A stretch of 64,000 nt of DNA, taken from positions 95,790,001-95,854,000 of the forward strand of contig CM060731.1 in assembly GCA_030704615.1 (NCBI GenBank), in the 5' to 3' direction. The translations under genes and the position numbers were made by a program. Below are positions 23,661 through 35,460 of this stretch, piece after piece (the stretch's first letter is position 1; the number at the start of each line of letters is the position of its first letter). The DNA comes from Takakia lepidozioides (taxonomy: Eukaryota; Plantae; Bryophyta). The notes under the pieces were generated by a model. The model was not told where the DNA came from, did not search any database, and saw nothing but the letters and a program-made list of their open reading frames with translations.

Positions 23661-24430
23661 ACTGTTTACGTCGATTTTCATCCGACGTGGAGGGCTTCAT
23701 CCGACATTTAATTGCGTAGTTGGGCAATAAATGTCGACGGCCGTCGGTTATTATTCGGGCTGGCGACGCATGGCTTCCTGGACACGTACCCTAAATCTCA
23801 TGCTAAACTTGGCTTAACATGGTATTCCAGGCATGTACCCCAAAAAAAGAGATCTTTTTGGCTGGGACTTATGCCGCCTGAAGGGCGTGGCTCTCCTGAG
23901 AGAGACCTCACATCCAGACCGCGGCGGAAGTTGAAAGCTCTGTACTACGGACGACGGCCAATCTCTCGCATGGCCAAACTGAAGCTCCAGCAGGAGATTC
24001 CAGTGTCTTGCTCACAACCTGCGCCAACTGAAGCCGAGTACTCTCAGGCAAGCCACTTCTGCTTTCGGTTTGTTCGATTTATTTTTTGCTTTCGCTTTGT
24101 TACCTCGCTTTGTTTTTGCATCTTCATCCTGGCTTTGCTGTATGAGTGAACTTTAGATAGTTGAGTGAACCTTAGATTGTTTGCAATGCGTGTGCAAATC
24201 CGGCAGCTCTGGAGAAGGCTGCTTGTGCATGTCATTCTTAGGCAATGGTTGCATTTGTTTTCATTGTTGTTGCATGGCTCTCCATACTTCCTAAACTTGT
24301 TATGTTTTCATTTTTGCTACATGATTGTTGCTATGGTGGTTGCGCTGCTCGTTGCGATGCTGCTTTTTGCACCGATGTTGGTTTTCACGATTTTTGTCAA
24401 TGACAGAGTGACGACGAGCCCGGCACGCTG

Positions 24431-27400
24431 GTGGTATCATCGACAGCTCCAACTCATCGCATGTTTGAATCGCCCAACTTGGTGCGAGAGGGCAAACTTA
24501 AACCTTTTGTTGGTGGACGGGAGGACTTGCAACGAGATTACGACAGAGTAGGCATTGGGGAGGTTGGTGCAGGCGGCATGGCAGGTGAAGGGCGTGAGGA
24601 CATGAGGACAGCAGATCCGGCAATGGAGGTTGTTCATGCACATGCAGTAGGGCCCGCCCACGCAAAGAAAAAGAAGAAAGCTAAGCACATGCAATCCCCG
24701 GCGAGAGAGCAGTCACGGGCTGCGGAGGGGGGAGTGAGCAGTGCGCGCGAGGGTGTCAGTTCGCCTCAATCAAAGGTGGTCGTCCTGGAGGGCTCCCCTG
24801 CTGCTAGCCCTAGTAAGAAACAGAAAGCCCGTGAGAGGGCAAAAGAGAGGGCAAAAGAACAGACGAGACAGAATGCTAGCCAGGAGGAAAGACAAAAGGC
24901 AGCTGAAGAGGCCAGGGGTGCCCAAATGACAGATGCCAATGTAAGCGAGGGACCCACAGAGACGGTGGATCCCTACAAGACACCACAGAGAGGCAGTAGC
25001 ACACCGGTTAGACCATCGCGGGCAAGAGCAGCCCCCGCAATTACCCATACGGTGGAGAGTGGAGGAGAGGAAAGAACACCTGAAAGAGCACGGATTGTGC
25101 AAGTTCGAGGTGAAGCCAGGGAGAGGGCAGTAGAGACGACGAGAGTGCTGGAGGTGGTTTCGCAGGTGGCTGACCCTGTTGAGGAGGACGACATGGAGGT
25201 TTCTGACCAGGATGACATCCTCCCGGACATCCCCAGGCCCCAAACCCGGAGCATACAGGCTGGATTTGGCGGTCCTGGTGGGCTGCCGGAAAACCCCTCT
25301 GCAGCAGACGTCATGTCTGAGGCGGATATGAAGTTGGCCGCTGCCAAGATGTTGGAGGCAACCCACAGCAACATTGGCAGGGTGCTGGGGGGCATGGTGT
25401 ACCCGGCCAAGCTTCGAATTCCCCTTTGCCGCTTGGTGTCATTGCAGGTGGTGAGACCTACCCTCCCAGGCGATATCGACAAGCTGAAATTCTCTTTCCG
25501 GGATGGATATCGAATGGGGTCTGCCGCCTTTTACGTTTCCATTGAGAACGACCACGGAGCTTCCCGTGCCCACACTTCCGATGAGGTGGACAAATGGGGT
25601 CCCCATTGGCAAACGCGAAATGAGGAGTTCCAGAGATCGATTGCTAGTGATCCTCTTTTCCAGCACATGTCCGGTAAGATGTTCTACGTGTGGGATGGCA
25701 ATCATCGCCTCCTGGCATGGATGGAGCACATTGCCCAAGCCCACCCCAACGATCTCGATTGGCATTTCGCCGTCGATTGTGTTGTGCTGAAGGTTGCGGG
25801 GCCCAAAGATCGCAGTCTTCTCAAAGCTGCAATGGCCGACATCAACTCGTAAGCTACAACCCCTCTCGCTTTTGGACTTTGAATTTGGAAGTCATTTCAT
25901 TGCGAATCCTCATATATGATGAAAATTCCCATTTCAGTATTGTTTGATGGAAATGTGGCACTGCAGGGTGACTGAGAATGCCTTCATTGCCACCAACTTG
26001 TCCCATATGCTCTTCCGAGTGAAGGATGTCGGGAAGCAGGGGGTGCAAGAGTTTGCCAATTCCCTCAGTGCCGACCTCCTGCGCAAGTCGGAGGCAAAGG
26101 CAGACAGAACGTGGTATAGGCTGAGCGTCGACGCCATGGTGGACTACATATTTCGGGTAAAGCTCCTGACAGTTTTGTTGAGCTAATCTGTCTCTCCTCC
26201 CCCAATAGAAGAAATTGTGTTGAGCAGGATCTCTAATCTTATGTGCGCATTCTTGACAGACGAAAATACAGCAGGATTTGGCACATGCGCGGAGGTTCTA
26301 CATGGAGTCAGAGGAGAAGAATCCAACCCTCCCGGAACTCGAATCGTATGTCAAAGCTGCGGAGGTGAGGGCCCGCATAAAGTACAAGTCGTGGATGGTA
26401 AAGTACGTGGCCATAGCTGATCCCGCCCTTGGTGCCGATTTTCTGGTGGAGGTGGGGAAGCACTACTCTCGCGCTCTAAAGCCCATGATGACATTGGAGA
26501 AGCTCCATCGTCTAGCCACATCCTGTGTGGATGCAACAGAAAAGGTGATACATTCTTAACAAAATTGTGGTGGCAACAACTCCTTTTTGTGGTGTTTGGC
26601 GCTTACGAATATGCTGGGTGGTTGGACAGACCCGGTGGCTCCAAATCTGGAATGGTTCCCAAAGTACCAGGGACATGTGGAGCTTCCCCAAACCGGACAA
26701 ACTCTCTGACCCCACATTCGACATGTGGATGAACCGCATGACATGGTGGTTTCAGGTACTTCCCCACGCTTCGTTTGGGGCTTCTACTCTAGTAGGGGGT
26801 GGATTCATTGTATTTTTTGAGGAAAGCGATCTGATGGACAATCTCCACAGGTGACGACAAATGCGCAAGAGCAGCTGGACACACAAGCACATCAGTTCAA
26901 GATGGAGATATCTCCTGCAGCAGAGAGCCTACGTGACTATGTGACGAGGTACTTTCTGCTCTACAAAACCAACCTACTCTTTCGGGAGATAGCAGATGCT
27001 CGCCGGAGCCACGAGTTCACCGACCAGCCGAACGCGGACAAAGCAGCAATGCGCCTTCTGTACAGGTACATACGCGCTGCCTTTCTTTCAAGTCCTGGCA
27101 TTTCAGGATGTTAGAGGCCTCAAGTGGTGTTAGGGAAAATGGCGCCGAATTTCCAGTCAGGGCTCCGAAAATGGCTAGGTCCCTAGACTGGCTGGCCCGG
27201 AACTGGAAATACGGCGCCATTTTCCAGTTCCAGGCCCTATTGCCGTTCAGGGACTTAGCCATTTTCGGCCTAAGTCCCTAGACTGGCTGGCCCTGAAGTG
27301 GAAATTCGGCGCCATATTCCAGTTTTAGGCCCTATTGCCGTTCAGGGACTTAGCCATTTTCGGCCTAAGTCCCTAGAGTGGCTGGCCCGGAACTGGAAAT

Positions 27401-28260
27401 TCGGCGTCGTTTTCCAGTTCTAGGCCCTATTGCCGTCCAGGGACTTAGCCATTTTCGGGCTAAGTCCCTAGACTGGCTGGCCCTGAACTGGAAATTCGGC
27501 GCCATTTTCCAGTTCCAGGCCCTATTGCCGTTCAGGGACTTAGCCATTTTCGGGCTAAGTCCCTAGACTGGCTGGCCCTGAAGTGGAAATTCGGCGCCAT
27601 ATTCCAGTTTTAGGCCCTATTGCCGTTCAGGGACTTAGCCATTTTCGGGCTAAGTCCCTAGACTGGGTGGCCCTGAACTGGAAATTTGGCGCCATTTTCC
27701 AGTTCCAGGCCGTATTGCCGTTCAGGGACTTAGCCATTTTCGGGCTAAGTCCCTAGATTGGGTGGCCCTGAACTGGAAATTCGGCGCCATATTCCAGTTG
27801 TAGGCCCTATTGCCGTTCAGGGACTTAGCCATTTTCGGACCTCATTGTGTTTTTCATGAATGCAGGTACTGTAAGTTCTCCCTTTTGGAGAAAGGTCATC
27901 TGTCTTTCGAGCCACCATTCTTCCTGGCATGGAGGAACCCTGGGGCTGACTCCATGTACACTGACGATATTGTGAAGGAGTGGCATCTGGAACATTTGCG
28001 TGATTGCCCTTGGTATGTGGACCTTCCGCCCGGCTCGCTCGACCCATCCGAGTTTCAATTGAAGCTGGATGCTGAATTCCGACGAAACCGGGCTCCGCTG
28101 CCTCCGTTGGGTGCAAAAGAGGCAAAAGCGCTTGCGAACTCCAGGAAAGCGGCAGAGCTTGCTCAGGCAGGAATTCAGGAGAAATTGCATGAGAAGAGTA
28201 AAGGTCAAAGGAAAAGGACAAGGAAACAGGTGACTGTAGTAACACCCAAAAAGAAGAAAA
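24431..28260 (+). CDS. Multi-exon ParB/Srx-like domain gene (paralogue 2); 3'-truncated, no methyltransferase domain visible
   Basis: VWDGNHRLLAW; exons approximately 24407-25848, 25967-26156, 26260-26544, 26630-26755, 26852-27065, 27866-28260, all homologous to paralogue 1; possible upstream exon from about 23871. Confidence 0.78.
27130..27838. repeat. Intronic 95-bp tandem repeat (about 7 units), each with two hairpins and a GAAATTCGGCGCC site
   Basis: GGGACTTAGCC recurs at 27250, 27345, 27440, 27535, 27630, 27725, 27820. Confidence 0.95.
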
Positions 28261-28347
28261 CCATCCAAAATATGGACTTTTGTACTAACAAATGCATATG
28301 TGTCATGTTTGGAACCACCACATTGCATGTCTGTTTGTAATGCCAAG

Positions 28348-29365
28348 TGTTAGAGGACTGTAGGGGACTTAGACACTTATACGGGATCTGTAGGGTACCC
28401 TTAAATTTTGCACAGACTGAGACCAACAGGAGCCTTAGGGGTGACAGCAGCGCACTGTAGAGGGGGGTTACACAGTCGTCACAGCCCACACAGCCGTCAC
28501 AGTCGTCACAGCCAACACAGCCGTCACAGTCCACACAGCCAACACAGCCAACACAGCCCGTCACAGTCGTCACAGTCGTCACAGCCAACACAGCCGACAC
28601 AGCCAACACAGCCCGGCACAGCCACACAGCCAGTCACAGCCCGACACAGCCAAACACAGTCGCACAGCCAGTCACAGCCCGTCACAGTTTCACACAGCCA
28701 GTCACAGCTTGACACAGCTGTCACGATCATAGGGAACGAAGAGTAGGACAGAGAACGACTGTGGGGAACAACACCTGCGAAGGGAACATGTTAGTTCACA
28801 GACGACGGTTAGTGAGGGAAACGGTTAGAACTGCGGATAGGAAGATAAAAGGGAAAACGGGGAATGAAGAGGGGATATAGATTTTTATCATTCTTCAGAG
28901 GAGGACTTCTTAGTCAGGCTGGAGCGGAGATCGGAAGCAAAAGATGGAGAGCACGGTGAAGGAGGAAAGAGGATTAGTAGATGCTTGTTATATGCAAAGC
29001 TGTAGTGATATTGTAGAGCAGATTAGAGACATAATGGCTTCGGCCTGATACCTGATAAATCATAATCTGATACTTATACGATACAATCACACTGTGTAGA
29101 GAGATCTGAGTGAAGCTGTGGATTGAATGGATGAGTGAAGGAAACCGATAGATTGATGAAGCAAACTGATATTTAATTATCAATGGTAAGGTAGCTAAGA
29201 TGAATGCGGAAAGGGAAACAAATAGGAAACACCCCCATGATACACTAGCTGTAGGTCATGACTGATTGTTCTGCGCGGGCTGAGTACTTAGAGATTTCCA
29301 ACTCTTCTATCTTGGAGTTTCCGCCTCGGATAGCGAAGGGATGGATGAGTAAAAGCCGCGCGACA
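28348..29365 (+). repeat. 5' LTR, containing an ACACAGCC/GTCACA-rich minisatellite
   Basis: Direct repeat of 39732-40791. Confidence 0.95.
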
Positions 29366-29953
29366 TTTGGCGACCATACTGGGGACCTGGGACATGAACA
29401 ACCAGATGTGACAGGCATCTGGTGGGATCATGGTGGTTGGACCATTAAAGAATTTGAAGTGAATCAAATTCCCTGTGGAACGAAGGAAGAAAGATTGTCC
29501 AAACGATTCTTTCAAAGGTTCTTGGAATTGCCAGACGGTTGTAAAGAAAATATTCTTAAACGAGTGCATGATGCTGATCCAGAATGGGGTCTGGAGAAAG
29601 GAGTGATAAAGATTTATCAGGTAGCCTGTAGAGGAAGAGCACGTTGGTTACCAACATTGGTTTATGTGATAGCATTGCTATCCATTAAACGAGTAGAGTT
29701 TGAAGGCTGGGAAGAAAGAAAGGTGAATGTTTATACTCATATGCATGAAGAGCTTGTACTGGTAAAGAATTGGATTCCAAAGGATATTTTGTGGATCAAA
29801 CTCACACCAAGAACAGCTTTTCAGACTTGTTTGCCATATGGTTATATGGTAACGGAGACTTCAAGTATAGCCAAGGGTGCATTGAAGCTTGAAAGAAACC
29901 CAGGCATATACGAGAGATATTACAGAAGAGAGTTTTGGTTATTGCCACATTAA
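29258..29953 (+). CDS. Extra ORF upstream of gag, function unknown
   Basis: 231-aa ORF; same sequence present in copy 2 at 47029-47360. Confidence 0.5.
   Translation: MTDCSARAEYLEISNSSILEFPPRIAKGWMSKSRATFGDHTGDLGHEQPDVTGIWWDHGGWTIKEFEVNQIPCGTKEERLSKRFFQRFLELPDGCKENILKRVHDADPEWGLEKGVIKIYQVACRGRARWLPTLVYVIALLSIKRVEFEGWEERKVNVYTHMHEELVLVKNWIPKDILWIKLTPRTAFQTCLPYGYMVTETSSIAKGALKLERNPGIYERYYRREFWLLPH
29368..29385 (+). promoter_or_regulatory. Primer-binding site, probably tRNA-Arg
   Basis: TGGCGACCATACTGGGGA begins 2 nt after the LTR end. Confidence 0.7.
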
Positions 29954-29974
29954 AATAAATGAAAGACATGGGAC

Positions 29975-30985
29975 ATGAGTGATGAAAGAGAAGCTAGACG
30001 ACAGAGATATTCAGCAAAAAAAGAAAGCTATCTGAAAGCTAATTATCCATATCTTTGGGAGAGAGGAATAGACATAGGGGAATCATCTGGACCTCTCACA
30101 CCATCAAGATCAAAGAGTGCATCACCTATACCGGAAGAACTAGAGTTGGATGCCACTCCTTCTGTTTCTTTGCAAGAAAGATTAAGGGAATTGGTACAGG
30201 AAGAAGATCAATCACGAGGTGAAAGATCTGAGGTACATCCTTGGATAAAAGACTTGACAGAAATCTTTGATAAGAGTTGGCATGGAACACCAAAAGCAGG
30301 AACTCCAGTTTCTGAAGCAGAAGATGAAGAAGGAGAAGAGGATGTGGCAGAGCCAACGGAGAGTTCAGACTCTCCAACACCATTACAGTTGAGTTACATG
30401 AGTGAAGAAGAAACCCAAGGGCAGAACTTGGAGGATGAAAACAAAGAGAAGAAATTAGAAGAGGAAGAATATGAAGAAGTAGACCCAACAGCTGAGGTTG
30501 AGACTACAACCAGGACATCCCAACCCGTTGGACCTGGATCAAGTGGAGCACTTGGATCACAGGCCAACGAAGGTGTCGGCTCAGGGGGATCAGGCGGGCT
30601 GCCTGGATCTGGCTCTGGGGGGACAGGGAGTGTGGGAAGTAGTGCAACTGAAGCTGGGAATACTGTGAATATCGTGGGACCAGAAGCAAGGAGTGCTCAA
30701 GGGCCACCACTTGGTGGAAGATCCACCACAAAAACAACAGGTCCAGAAGGACCAGCACCAGCAAGGGTGCCAGCACCTGTCAGTGGGCAGAAGGTAGGGC
30801 CACAGATGGCGTTACAACCAACACGGGCAAAACCACCCTTTCCAGTATATTCAGGGAAAGGGGATCCCGATGTACACATTAGCCAATTTGAGCACATGTG
30901 TATAGTGAACAATGAGAATGGCGATGATGCCAAGATGAGACTGTTTCCTTGTTCACTTATCAACAGAGCTATGTTACTATTGTAA
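29975..30985 (+). pseudogene. Gag, internally deleted
   Basis: YSGKGDPDVHISQFE..KMRLFPCSL, then a jump; about 900 bp present in copy 2 (48362-49260) is missing. Confidence 0.88.
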
Positions 30986-31040
30986 TCAGCCAGGACATCG
31001 CAAGGCAGCCTGTTCATTCTGGATAAGACACCAGAATGAG

Positions 31041-34000
31041 ATGAGAGCTCCTGTGAATGAGGGCCCAGTGGTGGCAGCTCACATGGTTAGGCCATGTGCT
31101 GTACCAGAAGTAAGTACAATGATAGTAACAAGAAGTAAAGCCAAACTAATACCTCCAGTAGAAGAGGAAGAAGATGAGACTGGAAGTGGCAATGATATGC
31201 CTGAAGATGAAGAGACTTGGAAAGATGAGAAGGAACTGCACAAGGAAGTGGCAGATACTATAAGGGAAATGCAAAAGAGTACTGATATTCCTGTGGCAGA
31301 TTCCTCTGATTCGGATGGAGAAAAAGAAGGGAGTGAGGAAGAAAGGAAAAAAGAAGATGCAGACATGCAAAGTAATGAAGAGACTTTGGCTGCAGTAATA
31401 TGTCAGACCAAAGCAGAAATTACCATTGGACAGCTATTAGCTGTGGCACCTTATTGTAGGCACAGGCTGTATCAGGCAATCAATCGAATTGCCCAAGAGA
31501 CAGGAAACACAGACCTGAACAGCAAGGTGACCAGTTATAATATGAAGCCAGAAGGGCGAGAACCAGTCATGGACTTTGATGATTCTATGCCAGTAATCCA
31601 ATTGAGAATTGGAAGCACAGAACTAACTGATGTACTGATAGATGGTGGTTCTGGAGTAAATATCATGACAAACCAATTAAGGAAGAAGCTTGGTCTAAGT
31701 AACATGCAACCAGCCCCATTTACAGTAACAATGGCAGATCAAAGAAGTGTGCAGCCATTGGGATTAATAAGAGGAGTTAAGATACAGATACAGAAAATGA
31801 TCTTTATGATCACAGTAACTGTATTAAAAATGGATGAAGTCATGGAGGCTTACTCCTTATTATTGGGACGTCCGTGGCTGAAACAGGCCAGGGTATTCCA
31901 TGACTGGAATTCTCAGTTATTAACCGTGCATAATGGGATACACGAGATACAAATTACCACAAAGAAATCTAGTAGATTACCTGCTACAAGAAGACCTCGA
32001 GGAGTCAGAGAGTATGACTGGAGAGGAGGACTGGATGAGGAGCAGGAAGCTACCCTATTTGCTGCACACCCAGAGTGGGAGCAGGTTGCAGAGATGCGGC
32101 TGGAAAGCCTAAGTTGTTTGAGAGGTATCTGCTGTGGTGTAGTGACAGCAACACCAACTGAAGAGGAAACTAGCATTTACCCATCACATTTCTATGAAGA
32201 GAGAGAAGGAGAAATAGAAATCCTAGAAGAACCAGCCACTGTGAGCTTACAGGATGAAGTGGTGACTGGTTGGACAATCACAGCTGATGAGCAGGTGAGA
32301 GAAGTAAATGTGGGAACTCAGGAGGAACCGAGGATGGTGAAAGTAGGAGCTGATTTGGAGCCGGAATTCTTCGAAGAAGCTAAAAGCTTGTTCATCAAAT
32401 ACAGAGATGTATTTGCTTGGAGCTATGAGGATCTAAAAGGGATACCACCTGAAGTCTGTCAGCATCAGATTGAACTGGAACCAGGGTCAGTACCAATCAA
32501 GCAGGCGAGGTATAGAATGAATCCCAACTACACACAGAAGGTTGGAGAAGAGATAAAGAAGTTGGCTGAGGCTAAGTTTATATACCCAATAGAGTATACA
32601 ACTTGGTTGTCACCCATTGTTATAGTTCCCAAGAAGAATGGCAAACTAAGAGTATGTGTAAACTATAAGAAGCTAAATGCTTGTACGAAGAAAGATCCTT
32701 TTCCTTTGCCATTCACAGAAGCAGTATTAGACACTGTGGCAGGCCATGAGATGTACTCATTCATGGATGGCTTCAGTGGTTATAATCAAGTGCAAGTGGC
32801 AGAAGAAGACCAAGGGAAAACAGCTTTCATCACAGACTGGGGGGCTTATGCATACAAAGTCATGCCCTTTGGACTTTGTAATGCACCAGCGACCTTTCAG
32901 AGAGTGATAAGTGAATCTTTTCATGAGTATCTGGATGATTTCATGCAGGTATTCTTGGATGATTTCAGTGTGTACAGCTCTAAGAGTGAGCACTTGCATA
33001 AATTGGAGTTATGTTTGGCCAGATGCAGGATGAGAGGTCTGGGCCTGAATCCAGAGAAGTGTACTTTCTGTGTGAACTCAGGGGTGCTTCTGGGACACAT
33101 TGTGTGTAAGAAGGGACTCCTTGTGGATCCCAGGAAGACAGAGTCCATTAAAGCCTCTCCACCCCCAGTGAATGCTAAAAGTCTACGAAGATTCCTTGGG
33201 CAAACCAGTTATTACAGAAGATTTGTCAAAAGGTATGCACAAATAGCAGCACCATTGAGCAAGCTTCTGAAGAAAGATGCAGTGTTTGCCTGGACAGCTG
33301 AATGTCAACAGGCGTTTGAGGAACTTACACTGTCAGTAACAACTACACCTGTGCTGATTAACCCTCACTGGCATGTAGTATTTCATGTTCACTGCGATGC
33401 ATCAGGAGAAGCGTTGGGTGCGGTGTTAGCCCAGAATGTTACAGGGAATATAGATTCACCTGTGTACTATGCTAGCCGGTTGATGAACAGTGCTGAGAGG
33501 AACTATAGTACAACGGAAAGAGAAGCATTGGCAATGATTTATGCAGTCAAGAAATTCAGGCATTACCTATTGGGAAGAAAGTTTATGTTTTATGTGGATC
33601 ACCAGGCTCTGATATATCTGGTGAACAAACCTTTGATAAGTGGAAGGATAGCGAGGTGGTTAATAATCTTGCATGAGTTTGAGTTCGAGGTTATTTACAA
33701 GCCTGGCCGTTTGCATCTTGTGGCAGATCATTTGTCACGACAAACAACAGGAGAGGCCGCCACAGGAGTGGACGATCAGTTACCTGATGCAAGTTTATTT
33801 GTAATGGAGGTGCAAGGAAGTGCAGATGAATGGTTAGATTGGCAGTGGCCAATCAGATACTACCTTGCTCATGGTCAGTGCCCACCTAGTTATGGTAAGG
33901 AGCAGAGGAAGAGAATTGCTATCAAAGCTTTACCTTATACTATGGTAGGAAGCAGAATGTATAAGTTAGGACCTGATGGAGTACTAAAACGATGCTTGTA

Positions 34001-35420
34001 CCACCATGAAGTAAATAAAGTCTTGGAGGAAGTTCATAAAGGAGTGGCTGGAGGTCATTTTGGAGAAGAGACTACCAGTAGAAAGATACTACTCGCAGGA
34101 TACTGGTGGCCTACTTTGTTCAAAGATGTACACGAGTATTGTCAGAAGTGTGATGAATGTCAGAGGCTAGGACCTTTGCAGAGATCTGGAAGGATGGCCT
34201 TGCATCCTACAATGCCTACGGAACCATTTCAGAAATGGGGACTAGACTTTGTTGGACCAATTAATCCACCATCCAAGAATACACGAAACAGGTACATAAT
34301 TACAGCCACTGATTATACTACAAAGTGGGTGGAAGCTAAAGCTTTGAGGGACAACACAGCCAAGTCCACAGCAAGGTTCCTGTACGAGAACATACTTACA
34401 CGATTTGGCTGTCCCTTAGAATTTATCAGTGATCAAGGAAGTCACTTCATGAATGAGACCATTGAGTTGTTGACTAAAGAGTTTATGATTGTGCATAGAA
34501 AGAGTACAACATATTACCCGCAGGGTAATGGGCAGGCAGAGGCTACCAACAAAATACTATGTACTATCTTGGCTAAGATAGTCAATGCAAACAGAACGGA
34601 TTGGGATACAAAGCTGCTGACAGCTTTATGGTCATACAAGACTTCATATAAAGTCACCACTAAGTATACACCATTCCAATTAGTTTATGGTATGGAAGCC
34701 TTACTTCCAGTGGAATTCCTGTTACCTACCATGAGAACGGAGTGGGGAAAAAGAATGGAATTGCAAGACTCCATCAAGGTCAGGAAACATGAATTATACC
34801 ATGTGGAAGAAGTACGTGCTGATGCAGCTGATAATATGACCAGAATTCAGATGAAGCGAAAGGAACAGTTTGATGAAGGCAAGTTAAAGACTTTTAAGAC
34901 GGGGGATTTGGTTCTATGGTTGCAGAAGAAAGGAAAGATTCAAGCTTCTAAGCTTAAATCACCGTGGAAAGGACCTTATATCATACAAAAGATGTATGAT
35001 AACAACACCGCCATGTTACAAACCATTAACAAAGAAATGCTGGGAAGAGTCAACGCAAATAAGTTGAAGGGGTACAGTGGTATCCATGACAAACCCCTGC
35101 AGCATGATTTGCATGTTGAACCGCAAGAGCAGTCACGGGCTGCCCAGTGTTACGAACGGAGTATGGAACACTTGTCGCTAGGCCCAGCATATATGACCAG
35201 GGCGGGCAAAACAAACGTGACACAGCCAACCACAGCCCCTCACGACGTGACACAGCCTATCACAGCCCATCACGACGTGACACAGCCTATCACAGCCCGG
35301 CAAGGCACAACACAGCCTATCACAGCCCAGCACGGCGCAACACAACCTATAACAACCTACCACAGCGTGTCACAGCCTATCACAGCTTACCACAGTGCAT
35401 CACAGCCTATCACAGTGTAA
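31041..35420 (+). CDS. pol: Pol polyprotein (PR-RT-RNase H-integrase)
   Basis: LIDGGS, FLDD, HCDASG, WGLDFVGP, SDQGSHF, NGQAE, WKGPY. Confidence 0.95.
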   Translation: MRAPVNEGPVVAAHMVRPCAVPEVSTMIVTRSKAKLIPPVEEEEDETGSGNDMPEDEETWKDEKELHKEVADTIREMQKSTDIPVADSSDSDGEKEGSEEERKKEDADMQSNEETLAAVICQTKAEITIGQLLAVAPYCRHRLYQAINRIAQETGNTDLNSKVTSYNMKPEGREPVMDFDDSMPVIQLRIGSTELTDVLIDGGSGVNIMTNQLRKKLGLSNMQPAPFTVTMADQRSVQPLGLIRGVKIQIQKMIFMITVTVLKMDEVMEAYSLLLGRPWLKQARVFHDWNSQLLTVHNGIHEIQITTKKSSRLPATRRPRGVREYDWRGGLDEEQEATLFAAHPEWEQVAEMRLESLSCLRGICCGVVTATPTEEETSIYPSHFYEEREGEIEILEEPATVSLQDEVVTGWTITADEQVREVNVGTQEEPRMVKVGADLEPEFFEEAKSLFIKYRDVFAWSYEDLKGIPPEVCQHQIELEPGSVPIKQARYRMNPNYTQKVGEEIKKLAEAKFIYPIEYTTWLSPIVIVPKKNGKLRVCVNYKKLNACTKKDPFPLPFTEAVLDTVAGHEMYSFMDGFSGYNQVQVAEEDQGKTAFITDWGAYAYKVMPFGLCNAPATFQRVISESFHEYLDDFMQVFLDDFSVYSSKSEHLHKLELCLARCRMRGLGLNPEKCTFCVNSGVLLGHIVCKKGLLVDPRKTESIKASPPPVNAKSLRRFLGQTSYYRRFVKRYAQIAAPLSKLLKKDAVFAWTAECQQAFEELTLSVTTTPVLINPHWHVVFHVHCDASGEALGAVLAQNVTGNIDSPVYYASRLMNSAERNYSTTEREALAMIYAVKKFRHYLLGRKFMFYVDHQALIYLVNKPLISGRIARWLIILHEFEFEVIYKPGRLHLVADHLSRQTTGEAATGVDDQLPDASLFVMEVQGSADEWLDWQWPIRYYLAHGQCPPSYGKEQRKRIAIKALPYTMVGSRMYKLGPDGVLKRCLYHHEVNKVLEEVHKGVAGGHFGEETTSRKILLAGYWWPTLFKDVHEYCQKCDECQRLGPLQRSGRMALHPTMPTEPFQKWGLDFVGPINPPSKNTRNRYIITATDYTTKWVEAKALRDNTAKSTARFLYENILTRFGCPLEFISDQGSHFMNETIELLTKEFMIVHRKSTTYYPQGNGQAEATNKILCTILAKIVNANRTDWDTKLLTALWSYKTSYKVTTKYTPFQLVYGMEALLPVEFLLPTMRTEWGKRMELQDSIKVRKHELYHVEEVRADAADNMTRIQMKRKEQFDEGKLKTFKTGDLVLWLQKKGKIQASKLKSPWKGPYIIQKMYDNNTAMLQTINKEMLGRVNANKLKGYSGIHDKPLQHDLHVEPQEQSRAAQCYERSMEHLSLGPAYMTRAGKTNVTQPTTAPHDVTQPITAHHDVTQPITARQGTTQPITAQHGATQPITTYHSVSQPITAYHSASQPITV

Positions 35421-35460
35421 CACAGTATGACACAGCCTGTCACAGCTCAACACAGCCTAC
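35215..35460 (+). repeat. 30-bp tandem repeat at the 3' end of pol
   Basis: ACACAGCCTATCACAGCCC units; also at 53510-53810. Confidence 0.9.

Noticed and set aside
20617-23727. Many overlapping ORFs (MEIRRRISI..., WKFGAEFP...)
   Set aside because: By-products of stop-poor palindromic repeats, appearing on both strands
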